NCBI RefSeq assembly: GCF_009834535.1
Contig: NC_045706.1
Location: 41,354,001-41,418,000 of the forward strand
Length of the DNA stretch: 64,000 bases
DNA from: Camelus ferus
Taxonomy: Eukaryota
Reading direction: 5' to 3'
Within the stretch, counting starts at the first letter, position 1. The number at the start of each line of letters is the position of its first letter. Made by a program: the position numbers and the translations under genes. Shown here piece after piece: positions 1-13,541 of this stretch. Below the pieces are notes generated by a model. That model made no database searches. It was not told where the DNA came from and was given only the letters and a program-made list of their open reading frames with translations.

Positions 1-1000
1 CCCTGTGTTAGAGCATCTCTTAAAATTTCTCTTTAATTAAAGAATTTTGGTGCTTTTCAGTTCTAGTTACTACCAAGAAGCGTAGTGTGTGCGTTGAGGG
101 AGACTGTGATAATTATGGTACTTGAATTTCTCGTAAAGATGGATGCTTTGGAAAATGGGTGTATTTCCCCCTTGTTTGAAAGAAGGAGCCTTGGGAACTT
201 AAAAACTTAAAAAAAAAAAGCTTTCACTGTAGACCTGCAGCCTAACTGAAAGTGACTCCCTACGTGAGCGTTTCAGTTCCTTTCCCACCGTTCTCCATCC
301 CTCACAGTTTTATAGATTCTTTAGATTCTCTGCTGAAAAAAAGGCAACTGCCTGGCAGATGGTCCACAGGAACGAAATGAGATTGTGCAGAAGTGTGGAA
401 TATAACCATATGCCCATGTTTAGGAGTCAGTGGGAAATATTTTACTATAAAAAAGACATGAAAGAATTTTGCTTTTGCGAAGCCGATCTTTGACTGTAAG
501 GGCTCACTTGCCTTCTCTAGTCTGTTCATCCTTTCTCCAAGTGCGCTGCTGCCTTTCCTCAAAGATCTAAACAGATACTCCCCAGTTTTGGGAAATATGC
601 CCTCATTAGTCACATCTGGCTCCGCGTTTTCCAGCTTCACATCTGCCTCACATCCTGCGCTCTGAAGTGCCACAGACGTGTGTGCTTGTTCCCGTTGCGT
701 TAGGTGCTGCTGAGTCGTGGGAAGACGAGAAATGCTGGGAAGGACTAAACCCGGTGTGGGTGTGATTTGGGGGCCTCTTCCCTCGGGAAGACTGGAAAAC
801 ATTCATTCCCTCTGTTGTGGCATAGTAAGAAGTACGGGATGTTAAGCTTAACTGGCGGGGAGGTTGTAAGATGCAGTGAGAAAACGATATTGTCCCAGGT
901 GCTCTGAATTCTTCTTGTATGTAGTTCTGTCTCTAGGCTGTGCAACCAAGTATCACAGGTTTGATACCTACATAAAAAGTAGTGCTCAGCCATGTTTCTC
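1..1000. promoter_or_regulatory. CpG-enriched shore, probably just downstream of a CpG-island promoter lying upstream of the window
   Basis: CpGs (e.g. cgtgagcg, gcgaagccg, ccgcg, ttgcgttagg) are visibly denser than in the CpG-poor bulk of the window and thin out after ~1 kb. The promoter itself is not visible, so this is inference. Confidence 0.4.
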
Positions 1001-2839
1001 AAGATGAGGTGGTGATGACTATTTTTCTAGAACACATAGAGCATAGTTCCTGGGATGTGAAAACCTTTGCATTCTCTCCATACCTTTTATAATTTTATAC
1101 ATGTGACTTCATGATATCCTTAACTTCTCCCTAGAATGAAAGTTTCCACAGAATATTTTGTTAGGGGAAAAATATCCTCTAATAAATACCTCATTCATTA
1201 TATTAATGGGTCTTATCTGGACACAGTTCTTTTTTCAGGTGTCATGATGAGAAATACATGCAGTAGTGTGGCTATTATTTTGGTTACAATCAGGATAATA
1301 TTCTTTGTCCTCTCTTTCGTTGTTCATTTTTATTTTTGTGTGTGGCGGAGAAGGTTGGGGACAGATTTTGAGTCACTATCATTAGAGAATAGTCTGCATA
1401 GTTGAAAATAGTTGATTTTCCTTCCTAACTCCTTAAAATAAGTTTTGAAAAAACTCTTCTTCATTTTTCTTTTACTTACCTGTCCTCTTCCTCCCCTGTT
1501 ATCTCCACCTTGGAGAGGATTGGATCCAGTGTCTATTGCTTCATCAAAGATCATCTCCATTTAAAAATTCAGAGACCAGTTTCCCTCCATTTCAGGGCAG
1601 AAGGGGGACGAATAAAGGAGACTATTTTTTTCCTTCCGATGGGAGTATTTCTTCATAAACTGTAACCACCTGAGTATCTCCCAAATGACATTCTTGCTTG
1701 AACCAGTGCAAGACAATGAAAGACATTTGATTGTCTTTCACAAAGTCTAGTAGAACAGGGATGGGAGGGAACACTGGTGCTTCTCTGCTTTGTGATTCCT
1801 TACATTTTTGGAAGTTCTTCAGGCAAAGATTGCTCAAGAATTGCTTCAAGATGCATGTAGGGAGGCTCAGGATAGTCTTTGCTAAGTGTTCGGGGTGAGC
1901 TTTTTGCTCCTCCCTTTGCGTGCATTGTCTCTGCTGGTGAGTGTGAGGGGGGTTTCTCGTGGTTCGTCCAGCAGCGCTATTTTGAGAAGTTGAATTCTGG
2001 CCCTTGCTGCTGTAACAGGCACATCACATGGCACCCCATTTTTTGAGATCATTTTTGTTGGCTTGTGATGGTGCTTGTAAAAGGTGCTTATTTGGAAGGC
2101 CCACAGCTGTAGAGTTCTGCTTATAGCCACTGAGTAGGTACAGTTAAGCTAAATGCCTTGTACCCAGGGAGTCTGTGTGGATTCAGGGCCGGGGACCAGA
2201 AGATCAAGGCTGTCTCTGAATCGGCGTGGTGGGAGGAGCTTGGCAGGACCTGCTGGAAGGCAAACATCCTAGCTTGGGTAGACATTTGAAGAATTTGGGC
2301 AAGATGTATTCTTTTGTGCATTCCTTTTGACTTCGTTAATCTTAAAATATTCTTAAAATATTTGGAAGTTTAGATTCTATTGGGTTTAGTTAGCTATATG
2401 AGTAAACACAAATTCATAAAGTCCTTATTTTCTCAAAGGAGATAATTTAAAAAATGAATAGACTTATGATAAACACTTACGTGGTTTTTACTTTTATGTT
2501 ATGTGTGTGTCTATATTTTGGGGGAGATCGTTTTCAGTGTACTCTATTTATATCCCTAGAAAATTTTGGGGAGTAAAAATACATATAATGCTATAATATA
2601 GTGATCATATTCTTTCCTAGCATACACATTTTGGCCATTTAATGAATGGCCCTAGTTTTTGTGTGTATACTAAAAGAATAATAGTTGTAATCAGTATTGC
2701 ACATACAATTTTATGACCCATTTACAAATCATGCCTTATTTTATTTGTTTTTTTTACTGGATAGTTAATTGTTTTTCTCTTACTGCTTCACCTTTTGCAA
2801 ATCATTAAAACTGTCTTTTCAGATAACCTTAAAATGTTT

Positions 2840-3110
2840 GAATCAGTGCCTGTGTCTGTATCTTCTCAGCTCTCATATTGCTTTTTCCATGCCCTTTGCT
2901 TATTTATAAATATTTTTAAATGAACATATTTATGCCAATAGTTTTTCCTTTTTACTTCATGTTTTGGGTTATATTCTTAGGATCTAGTCTCCTAGAAATA
3001 GAATTACTGCATAAAATACATGGAAATTATAGGTACTCTTTATATAGATCACATTACTTTCTAAAATGATATACACACATTTGCATTTCCCTGGGCAGGC
3101 ACTGTATCCT
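2840..3110 (-). mobile_element. Ancient L1 (L1ME-like) fragment
   Basis: Degenerate antisense L1 ORF2-end/3' motifs (ggatctagtctcctagaaatagaattactg...tactttctaaaatgatatacacacatttgcatttccc). Confidence 0.5.
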
Positions 3111-4821
3111 TACTGGTGCTTACAGTATTACTGAATTTCATGGTTATTATAGTTAACATAAATTGTAAAACTTTTACTTACTTGAGGTAAAGTCTTTACA
3201 TGCTCTGGGAAAATATACCATTAAAAAAACAAAAGGATGCATTCAGGTATTGTATCTGACCCATTACATACCAAGAATTTATTTTCAAACCATTCTGAAA
3301 TGAACCTAAACAGATTTAGCAAAATTGGAAAGATAATCTAGAGAATTTTTACACTTTAAAAATTAGGATAGGTGCTTTAAGTGTGAACATCTAGAACTTG
3401 ACAGAGCACTGCCAGCTGTCAACCCCAGGCTGGAAGAGAAATTTTCATTACCTTTTTAGAAAAGCTTGAATATTTTGAGACTGGTGAATAGTCTAGGTCT
3501 AAGACATTTAAGTTCCTTGAATGTAAGAAAAACGAGCTTAAACTTTCCAAAGTAAACAGAGTACCAGAAAACTGCTGAGAAGATAGAACTGTTCAAGGAA
3601 ACGAATACATCCAGGCCCACTGTGCTATTAACAGCAGATTCATTTTAATTGAGATAGAATGTGGTCCTTAACCAAAGTTACAATTCTGGGAATAAGAATA
3701 AAGCTATGGCTTAGAATATGACCACCACGTTTGCATCATAAATATACGCACATATTTTATGAAAGGAAATCGAGGTACTGATACCGGTCGTTAACTTTTA
3801 TCCTAGGCCAAAGACTATTACCTTAAAATTACTCTTCAAGCATTGTTTGAGATGAAAACCACATTTAAAGGTGGTTTTCTGCCTACTGATGAAAAACGAA
3901 TTCATGTTAACAAACCAAGGACCTTAAATGGAATAAATTATAATCAGATGTTAGATTTCAATCAGCTTTAACAAAAACAAATGATTCCTTTCATAAATGA
4001 GAATTGATGGCTTAGCCCTCAGAGTTTATCTTTCTTCAAACTAAACGTCTCGAGAGGAGGGGATCTGCTTAATTTCCTAAAAGCAGGCTTGTGATTTATC
4101 GGCAGCAAACTGCTGAGTTCAAGAAATAAGAGCTCCCCTAAATGTTGTCCTAGGCATTCTGAATGAGGATGCCTTGATCTGTAGTAACTTGATTATGCAA
4201 AGCCACATTGTACAGAAGGTTGAGTTGTGCGGCTGGCCGCAGAAGCAGGACCTGCGGAGATGGTGGTTCAGAGCCCCTCTGAATGAGTACCTTTGCTGTC
4301 TTCCTTTTGCATACCTGCACTCATTCCATAACCCTGTGGATTATAGACCTGGTCCTCTTGAGTGGAGGAAGACGTCCTCCAGGACTACCGGACACCTGCT
4401 GACTGTCTTAGTACTTTACACTCCCTCTCGTGAGATGTGTCAGGCCATGTTGGCTCAGCAGTCCTTGAGTACAGCAGGTTTAGAAAGAGGAGGAAATGAT
4501 TTTAGTAATAAAATAAAAGTCTGTGACCGCTTCTGCTGTTCTTTAGTTAGTCCTGCAAAGCAGCTTCTCTGGGCTGTAACGAATTATGCTACATACCCAC
4601 ACCACTGGCATGGCCTTAATGCGAAGAATGACTTATGTTGTCAGATGTAAACCTTTCACCTGTCTCAGTATAATTGTATTTCTCTGTAGTCCTGGGGTTA
4701 AGGTGAAATGTGCAGAAGATGGCAGTGGGGGCAGCTGGCCAGGATATTAGGAAACCAATTTGATGGAGAGTTTGGAAACAAAAAGCATCCATGTCACCAT
4801 GTGATTTTGGTGATGTCACAG

Positions 4822-4965
4822 TGCTTGAGACTTAACTGTTTGTTAGAACTATCTGGCATGTTTATTAAAATGCAGATTTTGGGGTACCCATAGCAATTAA
4901 GATTCAGTCTGAGGGTGAGGCCCCAAAATATGATTTTTTTTGTGAGCACCCCTCTCCCCTAGTGT
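4822..4965. mobile_element. MER5A-like hAT-Charlie MITE
   Basis: cagtgcttgagact...ttagaactatctggcatgtttattaaaatgcagatt...gattcagtctgagggtgaggcccc resembles the MER5A consensus as recalled. Confidence 0.6.
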
Positions 4966-6049
4966 GTCTTCAAGTTGCTATGCCTACAGTCCACTGGGAT
5001 GTTAGAAAGCCCTTGTCCAATTGGTTTGTTTGCTTAAGCAGATCTGTCTCATTCGAGCTAGTGGGAGCGTCCAATGAAAAAAGATACGTTTTGTGATAAT
5101 AGTTAAATTTATTGACAACTTAAAAGATGACAGAAAGGTCAGGTGAATGCATTGCCCGCTTGGTAGTTCACAGGTTAATTTTGTGGAGAAAGTGAAAGTA
5201 CCTAGACAGTACGTTGACAGAGGTGGAGTCCTCCTTGCAGTGAAAATTACAGTCTTCCATCAGGAGTGGGAGGTCAGTAACATTCTCTTGGTACAATTTC
5301 TAAACTCATAAAGGAAATCAATAGAAGAGTGGACAATAAGGCACGCATTTAGTCCTGGATCCAACATGCAAGTAATATTAAATATTACTGGTATTAGGTA
5401 GGCCTGTGGAATTTTTCTTAATAATGGTCTTCAGATAAGTTCAGATCTGTCTGTTGTGTGCAAAAGCCTCTCTCCTTTCTTGACAGCTACAGGCATTCTC
5501 TGCCCCGCTGCCTTTCCATTTGGCCTTTTTCTGCTTCTGCCTTCCGACAGGATTCTGCACTGCCCAGAAGACTTCAAAGCACAAGGGCTCTTCCAGTCTG
5601 CTGCCCCTTGAGTGATTCACTTAATGCCACCATTATCCCGCAGCATTCTAGTAGTAGAAGAACCCGCAAGTCTTGCTGCTGCTGTCTTGAAGGCTGCAGT
5701 GATCAGCTACCGTTTTCTTTTTGTTGTTGCTGTTTCATAATCTGATATTTAGACCACTCAACTTTAGTCAGAATCTTTTAAAATAAAATATAAGTGTACA
5801 GCCTCTAAGATCAAGATAAAAAAATTAAAAGCATGATTTCTATCTTTACATATCATGGAAGAGCATTAGCTCTGCTTTGTACTTAGCAAATGTAGTTATA
5901 ATGGTCTTAGGCCAAATGATCACACTTGCCCTTTGTATTCTTTCTGTGTCCAGAGTACTGAAATTGTCTGGTACGTTAAAAATGATCATCAAATAATACA
6001 TATACACAGTTTAAAAATGAAATTGTTTAAAAGGTTTATTAGGAAACCA

Positions 6050-8450
6050 TAGTACCCTTTCCTATAATATCATGTACTATTCCTTAGTTGCAGTTGCTTT
6101 TTACTCTTTGAGCTATTTCTTCTAGTATTTTCTCCATTTTCTAGATTATTTTTATTGCTTTCTCTTGATTCATTTATTTCAGACATATTCTACTGAACTC
6201 TTCTGTGTTACAAATGGTTTAGTTGTCCACTTTTCTCCTCCCCTCTCTTCCCAATAAAGATAAGTCGCAAGTTTTAGTTAAATCAGTATTTAGTCTTTAT
6301 ATTATATTATGTATCTGCTGCTGTTCCCTGACAAACCCAGGAGTATACAGAGATTTCATTTCCTCCTTTGTTAGAATTTTGTTTTCCCTGGAGTTAATGA
6401 TTGCCTTGTTTTTTCCCCCTCAAGCTTAATATTCTTTATACCTATTACAAACTCTTCCCACACTCTATATGTCCTCCCAGTGTAATTTTCCACATGGTCA
6501 AGGTTTCAGATGATTAATCAGTTACTCCACTCCTCCCCCACCCCAAGAACCTTCCTCCTGAAGCTAGTTGTTCTGCTTCCTCCTTTACCATTTGCCTTCT
6601 GTTCTGGGTGTGCAGCTGTCATCTTGGAATGGTCCTACCATCTAAGGAATTATTTTCACTTCCATCTTGGAATCCCCCCCCCCCCCAATCTGTCTTTAAC
6701 TCTCGATTTCCTATATTTGGGAAAGTCTCTCACTTCCTTGGCTGAGTTCCTCATTTGGTAGCATGCAACTTATAATAGTGCCAGGAACTAGTAGGGAAAT
6801 AATTTTTTTTTTCAACTTTGCCTGAAAATGTCACCATATCCTTTGACTTAATTGAAGGTTTAGCCACGTAAAGAATTTGGGGTTGAAAATTTCCCTTAGA
6901 ATTTGACTTTACTCCATTATCACATGGCTTCCTATGGCATGAATGTGAATTCTGATGCCATTATAATTGCCTGTGACTTGTTCTAGTCTCTCTGGAAGAT
7001 TTTAAGATGCTTTTATTCCAGATGTGAAATTTCAGTAGGCTATGCCTTGATATGGGTAATTTTTAATTCATTTAGCTAGATATTTAGTTGGCTTTATCAA
7101 TAAAAACTTATTTTTTTAATTCTGAAAAACTTCTGGGTTTTTGTTTTTTGTTTTTTGTTTTTTTTTGATATTTTCTCTCCAGTTTATATTCTGTGTTCTC
7201 TCCTTCTGGAGAATTTGATTAGTTGGTTTTGGACTCTTGGACTGGCCTTCTTAAAAAAGATATATTTTATCTTTCCTCCTTTATTTTATATACATATGTC
7301 ATCTTGTTTCCTTTCCAGAGATTTAAAATTTTTTCTAAATCTTGGATAGAAATGTATTATTTTTGTTATATTTTTAGTTTACAAGATTTTTTTCTTATTC
7401 TCTAAATATTCTCCTTTTAAAAATATTGTCCCATTTTGGGAGTGCATTACTTTTCCTTCTCATTTTGATAATACTGTAGGCTTAAAAAAATTCCCCATTC
7501 TCCTTCCTCTGTCTTCCCCTGTTCCCCACCCTGTCCTTCCTTACTGTCGTCTCCTCCTTCATCTTCCTCCTCCTCCTCCCCAATCCTCCCTTCCTCTTCT
7601 ACCCTTCTCCTTTCTTCTCCCTGTCCTCCTCCTCTTTTCCCTTCTTCTGCTTCTCCTTCATCTCCTCCTCCCCCACTTTCTTTCTGTCATTTTGTTTTGC
7701 TCTTGTTCATATTTTAGAGTGAGGCACTAAAACCTTATCTGCTTTGGTGGGATTTGTTGACAGGTAGTCCTCACCAACCAGAGAATGACCTTGTATGCTG
7801 ATACTTTCCAAGGTGAATAACTGCTCTGTGGCCATCTTACCACAGTGCAGTCCTCAGCACGTAGAGCAGTGCAGCAGCTGTGGACCGGAATTAGAGTATG
7901 CTGCACTAGAATCGGACATGTGCAGTACCCAGGAGCAAATTTTAACCCTGAGTAGGAGCAGCTGTTGTAGTTTTCATGGCAGTGCGTGGCCCTTGAGTAA
8001 GTCTAAGCCACTGATGGTTCAGAGAGAAGAGGCAGAGATAATGTGCTATTTAGAAGATCATTTACTGCCCCATCTTGTGACGACAGCAACGGAAAACACC
8101 CATATATTTCCAGACACTCCTCTGGGGAGCATTGCCTCCTCTGGTAATGAATCTCTGTGAGCCAACTTGGGAAAGTCACGTTCCCGGTCACTGGGGAGCT
8201 CCCTGTCCTCTCTGCTGTCCTGCACCTACAACTCCTTTTAGGAACAGGTGCTATTTTAAGGGCTCTGAAGCATATAAAAGGGAAACTGAAGTTTTAGACA
8301 GACAGACAAGGGTGTTCACAGCATTCTGCCTGCCATGTCTTTTCCACATCACCCCATGTCTCTTCTATCTCTTCCCTTATTTAACAGTCTGCTCAGAAGC
8401 TCCATACTGTATTCATATTTTGAATTCCTATTACCTGTAACTCTTATATG
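6050..8450 (-). mobile_element. Ancient L1ME/HAL1-type 5'-ORF1 region, fragmented
   Basis: Antisense motifs typical of old L1/HAL1 (aagaatttggggttgaaaatttccc, gtgaattctgatgcc, ccagatgtgaaatttcagtagg, gagtgaggcactaaaa, ctgctcagaagctccatactg). Confidence 0.55.
7490..7685 (+). repeat. ~190 bp polypyrimidine low-complexity tract
   Basis: Nearly pure C/T, with an internal repeat ctccttcatct(t)cctcctcc at ~7553 and ~7654. Confidence 0.85.
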
Positions 8451-8589
8451 TATAATGTTCAACTTTTCAGAGTCTTGTCATTTTTTTATTATTGGTCTCA
8501 AAGAACTTACAGTCTTCCTGGTAAGTTCTTTGAGACCAAAGTTATGAGCTTTCATTTATTAAGTTCTTATAGAGTGCTTATTTGCATAT

Positions 8590-8715
8590 TTTAGAGGTGA
8601 AGATAGAGCCTTCGGGAGGCTGGATGACTTGCCATTACACTGCTAGTAACTGGTAAACCTGGAGTTGAACCTAGTTTTTTCTGATGCCACAGCTTCTATC
8701 TCCTCTCTCTATGCC
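8590..8715 (+). mobile_element. MIR SINE fragment
   Basis: attttagaggtgaag...gacttgcc...cactgctagtaactggtaaacctggagttgaacctag matches the MIR core/3' pattern. Confidence 0.65.
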
Positions 8716-9336
8716 TCAGGTGCTAAATAAGTAGTGTTTAAGTGAATCAATAAATGAGCCTTTCAGCATTAAGATGATTGGAGTAGCCCTGATGAAAGCA
8801 AGCCCACCTTTGCGCTCTCCTGCCCCTGTGCCCACTTTGGTGGAGAGAATAACAAATAGTTCACTCTGTCACAGATTTTCTGCGTATACCTGAACTTTAA
8901 ACATGCCTGGAACACATTTGGTTCTAATTTGAAAACCAGTTGGTGTGCTCCATTGCCATGTTATTACAAACACAAAAGAAATATAAACTTCATTCCATTA
9001 AATAACCATCCACATAAACTCTTAAATAGTTTTGGGTTGGGACAAAGCTGGATATTAAGGAAATGGTTATTAATGTTGTATGTTTAACTCAAACTACTCT
9101 AATACTTTAACTCTCCCACCACCTCTCCAGACACCAACCAACCTTTTTCTTTTTTCCCCTCAAAATGTTTCCCAGGATGTTGAGACAGATAACAGCTTTG
9201 ATTTCGAGCTGCCGACGCCCACTATTTGGAAGTATTCCTTGTTTTCAGTCCTTTGTAGCCTGTCACAGTGCTCTCTGCTTGGATCTTTTCAAACCTCCTT
9301 GGGTCATAGCAAAGCAAGTTATTATCCCCTATAGTA

Positions 9337-9636
9337 TAGCACTGTGAAACGGAAGCGTAATGTGTGCCACAATGTAATTTAAAATTTTACAACCATATAA
9401 ACAAGAAACAAAACAGGTGAGATTAATTTTAATTTAATTTTCTTTGACCCAGTATATAAAAAATTATTTCAACATATAATCAAAAATTATTGATGAGATT
9501 TTTACTTTTTTTTTGTATTGTCTTTGAAATCCACTGTGTTTTGTAGTCTTGTAGCATGTCTGGATTCAGACTGTAGCCACGTTTCAAGTGCTCAGTAGCC
9601 ACAAGTGGCCAGTGGTTATTGTTTTGGACAACACAG
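9337..9636. mobile_element. MER33 hAT-Charlie MITE, near full length
   Basis: Collinear with the recalled MER33 consensus: aaacaggtgagattaattttaat...gtctttgaaatcc...tagccacgtttcaagtgctcagtagccacaagtggccagtggttattgttttggacaacacag. Confidence 0.8.
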
Positions 9637-9829
9637 GTCTCTGGCAAGACCAATGTGAGCTACATAAAGGCTATGAACATCCTTTAGCTTTTGGTAAAGC
9701 TAGAAGAGTATTGATTAAAAAAAGTAAACTAATATTATGTAATACTCCAAAGTTGTCAAATAGTGCTTATGACCACAGGCTGAACTAAATGGTGCTTCAG
9801 AGATTGCTTATTTAAGAGAAATAGGGTTT

Positions 9830-11491
9830 ATCCCTATCAAATTATCTAGGACATATTTCACAGAACTAGAACACATCATAATAAAATTTATATGGAAACA
9901 CAAAAGACCTAGAATTGCCAAAGCATTACTGAAGAAAAAGAAAGAGGCTGGAGGAATAATTCTCCCAGACTTCAGACAATTCTATAGAGCTACAGTAATC
10001 AAAACAGCGTGGTATTGGTACAAAAACAGACATATGGACCAATGGAGCAGAATAGAGAGCCCAGAAATGAACCCACAAACTTTTGGTCAACTCATCTTTG
10101 ACAAAGGAGGCAAGAATATACAATGGAATAAAGACAGTCTCTTCAGCAAATGATGTTGGGAACACTGGACAGCAGCATGTAAATCAGTGAAGCTAGGACA
10201 CTCCCTTACACCATACACAAAAATAAACTCAAAATGGATCAAAGACTTAAGCATAAGACAAGATACAATAAACCTCCTAGAAGAAAATATAGGCAAAACA
10301 TCTGACATACATCTCAGAAATGTTCACCTAGGGCAGTCTACCCAAGCAATAGNNNNNNNNNNNNNNNNNNNNNNNNNNNNNNNNNNNNNNNNNNNNNNNN
10401 NNNNNNNNNNNNNNNNNNNNNNNNNNNNNNNNNNNNNNNNNNNNNNNNNNNNNNNNNNNNNNNNNNNNNNNNNNNNNNNNNNNNNCTTGGTCTCCAGAAT
10501 ATATAAGCAGTTCATATGACTTAAGAAAAAACAAACAACTCAATCCAAAAATGGGCAAAAGACCTAAACAAGCAATTCTCCANNNNNNNNNNNNNNNNNN
10601 NNNNNNNNNNNNNNNNNNNNNNNNNNNNNNNNNNNNNNNNNNNNNNNNNNNNNNNNNNNNNNNNNNNNNNNNNNNNNNNNNNNNNNNNNNNNNNNNNNNN
10701 NNNNNNNNNNNNNNNNNNNNNNNNNNNNNNNNNNNNNNNNNNNNNNNNNNNNNNNNNNNNNNNNNNNNNNNNNNNNNNNNNNNNNNNNNNNNNNNNNNNN
10801 NNNNNNNNNNNNNNNNNNNNNNNNNNNNNNNNNNNNNNNTTACCATATGACCCAGGAATCCCGCTCCTGGGCATATACCCAGAAGGAACACTACTTCAAA
10901 TNNNNNNNNNNNNNNNNNNNNNNNNNNNNNNNNNNNNNNNNNNNNNNNNNNNNNNNNNNNNNNNNNNNNNNNNNNNNNNNNNNNNNNNNNNNNNNNNNNN
11001 NNNNNNNNNNNNNNNNNNNNNNNNNNNNNNNNNNNNNNNNNNNNNNNNNNNNNNNNNNNNNNNNNNNNNNNNNNNNNNNNNNNNNNNNNNCATTCTAAGT
11101 GAAGTAAGCCAGAAAGAGAAAGAAAAATACCATATGAGATTGCTCATATGTGGAATCTAAAAAAAAAAAAAAACCACAAAAACATAAATACAAAACAGAA
11201 ATAGACTCATAGACATAGAACACAAACTTGTGATTGCCAAGATGGGAGTGGGAAGGGATAGACTGGGAGTTCAAAATTTGTAAATACTGACAGGCATATG
11301 TAGAATGGATAAACAAGATTATACTGTATAGCACAGGGAAATATATACAAGATCTTGTAGTAGCTCACAGCGAAAAAACAATGTGGCAATGTATATATGT
11401 ATGTTCATGTGTAACAAAAATTGTGCTGTACACTGGAATTTGACACAACATTGTAAAATGACTATAATGCAATAAAAAAATGTTTAAAAAA
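9830..11491 (+). mobile_element. Young, 5'-truncated camelid-type LINE-1 (ORF2 C-terminus, 3'UTR, A tail)
   Basis: Translates [31 protein letters not shown]...[14 protein letters not shown] with one in-frame TGA at 10151. AATAAA at 11471. Perfect 16 bp TSD aagagaaatagggttt at 9814-9829 and 11492-11507, preceded by a ttt/aaga endonuclease site. Confidence 0.97.
10353..11090. other. Three N blocks (10353-10485, 10583-10840, 10902-11090) inside L1 ORF2
   Basis: Seen directly. Flanks stay collinear with L1, so these look like hard masking rather than true gaps. Confidence 0.8.
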
Positions 11492-12879
11492 AAGAGAAAT
11501 AGGGTTTGAAAGCAAAACACTTGACATGACCAAAGTTTCTGTTAATCAGTTGGACTGAGAGTCCATTGACATACATTAAGATCATCAGCCCACAAGGAAG
11601 TCTTCATTGTCAGGCCAATAAATTTGAAGTCTGAATAAACTGTTAGCCAGGGTTGCTTGAAGAGTTCAAGTTTGCTTGAAGCAATGAATCATATAACTTA
11701 GATGTTCTCAGATTTTTGTGAAGTTCGTTTTCCTGCATTTGACAGCAACAGATGCTTTCTGAAACTAAAGCCCGTAGATTAGAGAACGCTGGCCTTTGCT
11801 GGAGGCTACTCTGTGCTCTGAGTGTGCCAGGGCCACCACTGTCTTAGATTGTCCCTTGCATTAGACTGTTGGCAGAGCTTTGTTGCCCTGAGAGATTTAA
11901 CATGAAAAAAAAATCCCCTGCAATACTAGTTTTGAGAGATGTGTAGTCTGCAAAGGACTTAACTTAGAGTTAGCAGATGTAAGCTTTAGAGAGGCAGCAG
12001 TGGCCTCCGTTGTTAGAAGAGATCAGGGCTCCTCTCCTCACTCCATCATCTTTGTCATTCCTATTAGCTCTGTTGAAAATTTGGTGGGAAAGGAAATTTT
12101 TAAAAAGTAGCTGCCGTGGATGTCTTGGATGATTGGTGTAGTTCATGCTCTTTGCCCAAATTATCATAGATAATCCATCCCTTTTCTTTCAGACTCTTAG
12201 CCATTGAGCCCTTTTAGAATGTGGTAAATTACTAAGGTGTTATCTGTTTTTTTTTTTCTTTTTTCCTGTTTCATTTAATGTGACCTTCCAGTAAAAAATG
12301 GCTTTCTTTTAAAACTACAATTTATTATTGATATATAATTAGAAATATATGGTAAAATCATTCTCTTTTGATTCCTGCCTTTTAGAGAGCATCTCTTTCT
12401 GTCTTTTGGGTAGCTATTAAATTTGGATGTGAATTACAGAGGGTTTCCAAATACTGGATTGTTTAGTGTTTTCAGCTGTGAAGTTTCTTACCCTAGGTGT
12501 AAGTTGGTAAAACTTCCTTACTGAGAGTTAAGTTGCACATAATCAGTAATTCAGTCTAGAAAATGCCAAGTTAAGTAAGGCCTATGATGTTCCGTATTTG
12601 GTGTGATTTTATTGACTTTTATCTGTAGCTGATACTACATGATTCATTTGTCTCCTTAGTTAGCTTATATCCACATTGGACCTTCAGATATTTGCCAGGT
12701 TGTCTCATACGCTGGGCTGAAAATGAGGCTGTGACAAATTTGTAAAGGTAAAAACCTTGGTTCACTCTCTAATAGGAAGAACAATTTCAAATGATTTTTA
12801 CGTGATTTTTCACCCTAATTAAAGGCTATTAAAAGCTATTTATTTAGACTTTTTAAAGATACTCTGAAAAATGCAAAGG

Positions 12880-13070
12880 AGGAAGCGATAAATGACCCAA
12901 TAATTCATCCACTCAAATAAGACTTGTTAATATTTTTATGTTTATCCTGTAAGTCTTTTTAAATCTAGCATAAACATTGTATGTATATGCACACATGTAT
13001 ATATAAATACAGAATTGATCATTTTGTACATCTTGTTTTATAGTCCTCTTTAAGAATTTTTTGTATTTTT
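12880..13070 (-). mobile_element. L1ME 3' fragment
   Basis: aaaaatgcaaagg...cccaataattcatccactcaaataagacttgttaatattttt...gatcattttgtacatcttgttt is a typical antisense old-L1 3' end. Confidence 0.5.
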
Positions 13071-13492
13071 GGACTTGGGAATTTTTTTAACTGGAAAAAT
13101 AAAACAGTATTTAAGGAAAAAGCCTGAAGCTGAAGAAAACCATCCTGAAATATCCAGCCACTACTAAGATAAAAAATTTATTTTATTTTATTTTTGTTTC
13201 TTGTTGGTTTTTCTTAGTAGGCGTACATGACTCTTTTTTCAGAGTGGCTGAGTTTGATTTGTTCTCAATGGACTCTGGGAAGCAGTGAGGGAGTTTTAGG
13301 AGAGACAGGGTCTGAAAATCCTCACACTTACTGTGATACACAACCTTCCGATGACACTACTTTCTACTGGAGGGACCCTCTTGGAGATGTTCTTGGGAGA
13401 TGTTCTTCAGTTGGTTAGAGTATTTGAATGATTTTAATTGTGAATCGAAGAACCTTTAAAATTGACTTAATGTCCGCTATTTCTGCATTTAG

Positions 13493-13541
13493 TTCTCAGA
13501 GCTGTGCACGCCAGTCCAGAGTTTAGATACGATTCATGAAC
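13493..13541 (+). other. Candidate 49 nt host-gene exon (5'UTR or coding)
   Basis: Branch-like cttaat ~13466, acceptor tttctgcatttAG, donor AAC|GTAAGT. One open frame (FSELCTPVQSLDTIHE), or ATG AAC at the exon end. Not matched to any gene I know. Confidence 0.45.

Noticed and set aside
302-802. 166 aa minus-strand ORF near the CpG shore
   Set aside because: No recognisable domain and antisense to the inferred host; an ORF of this length is plausible by chance in a GC-richer stretch.
10187-11147. ORFs containing long X runs (also 45195-45614 and 61344-61928)
   Set aside because: Artefacts of translating through N-masked L1 sequence.
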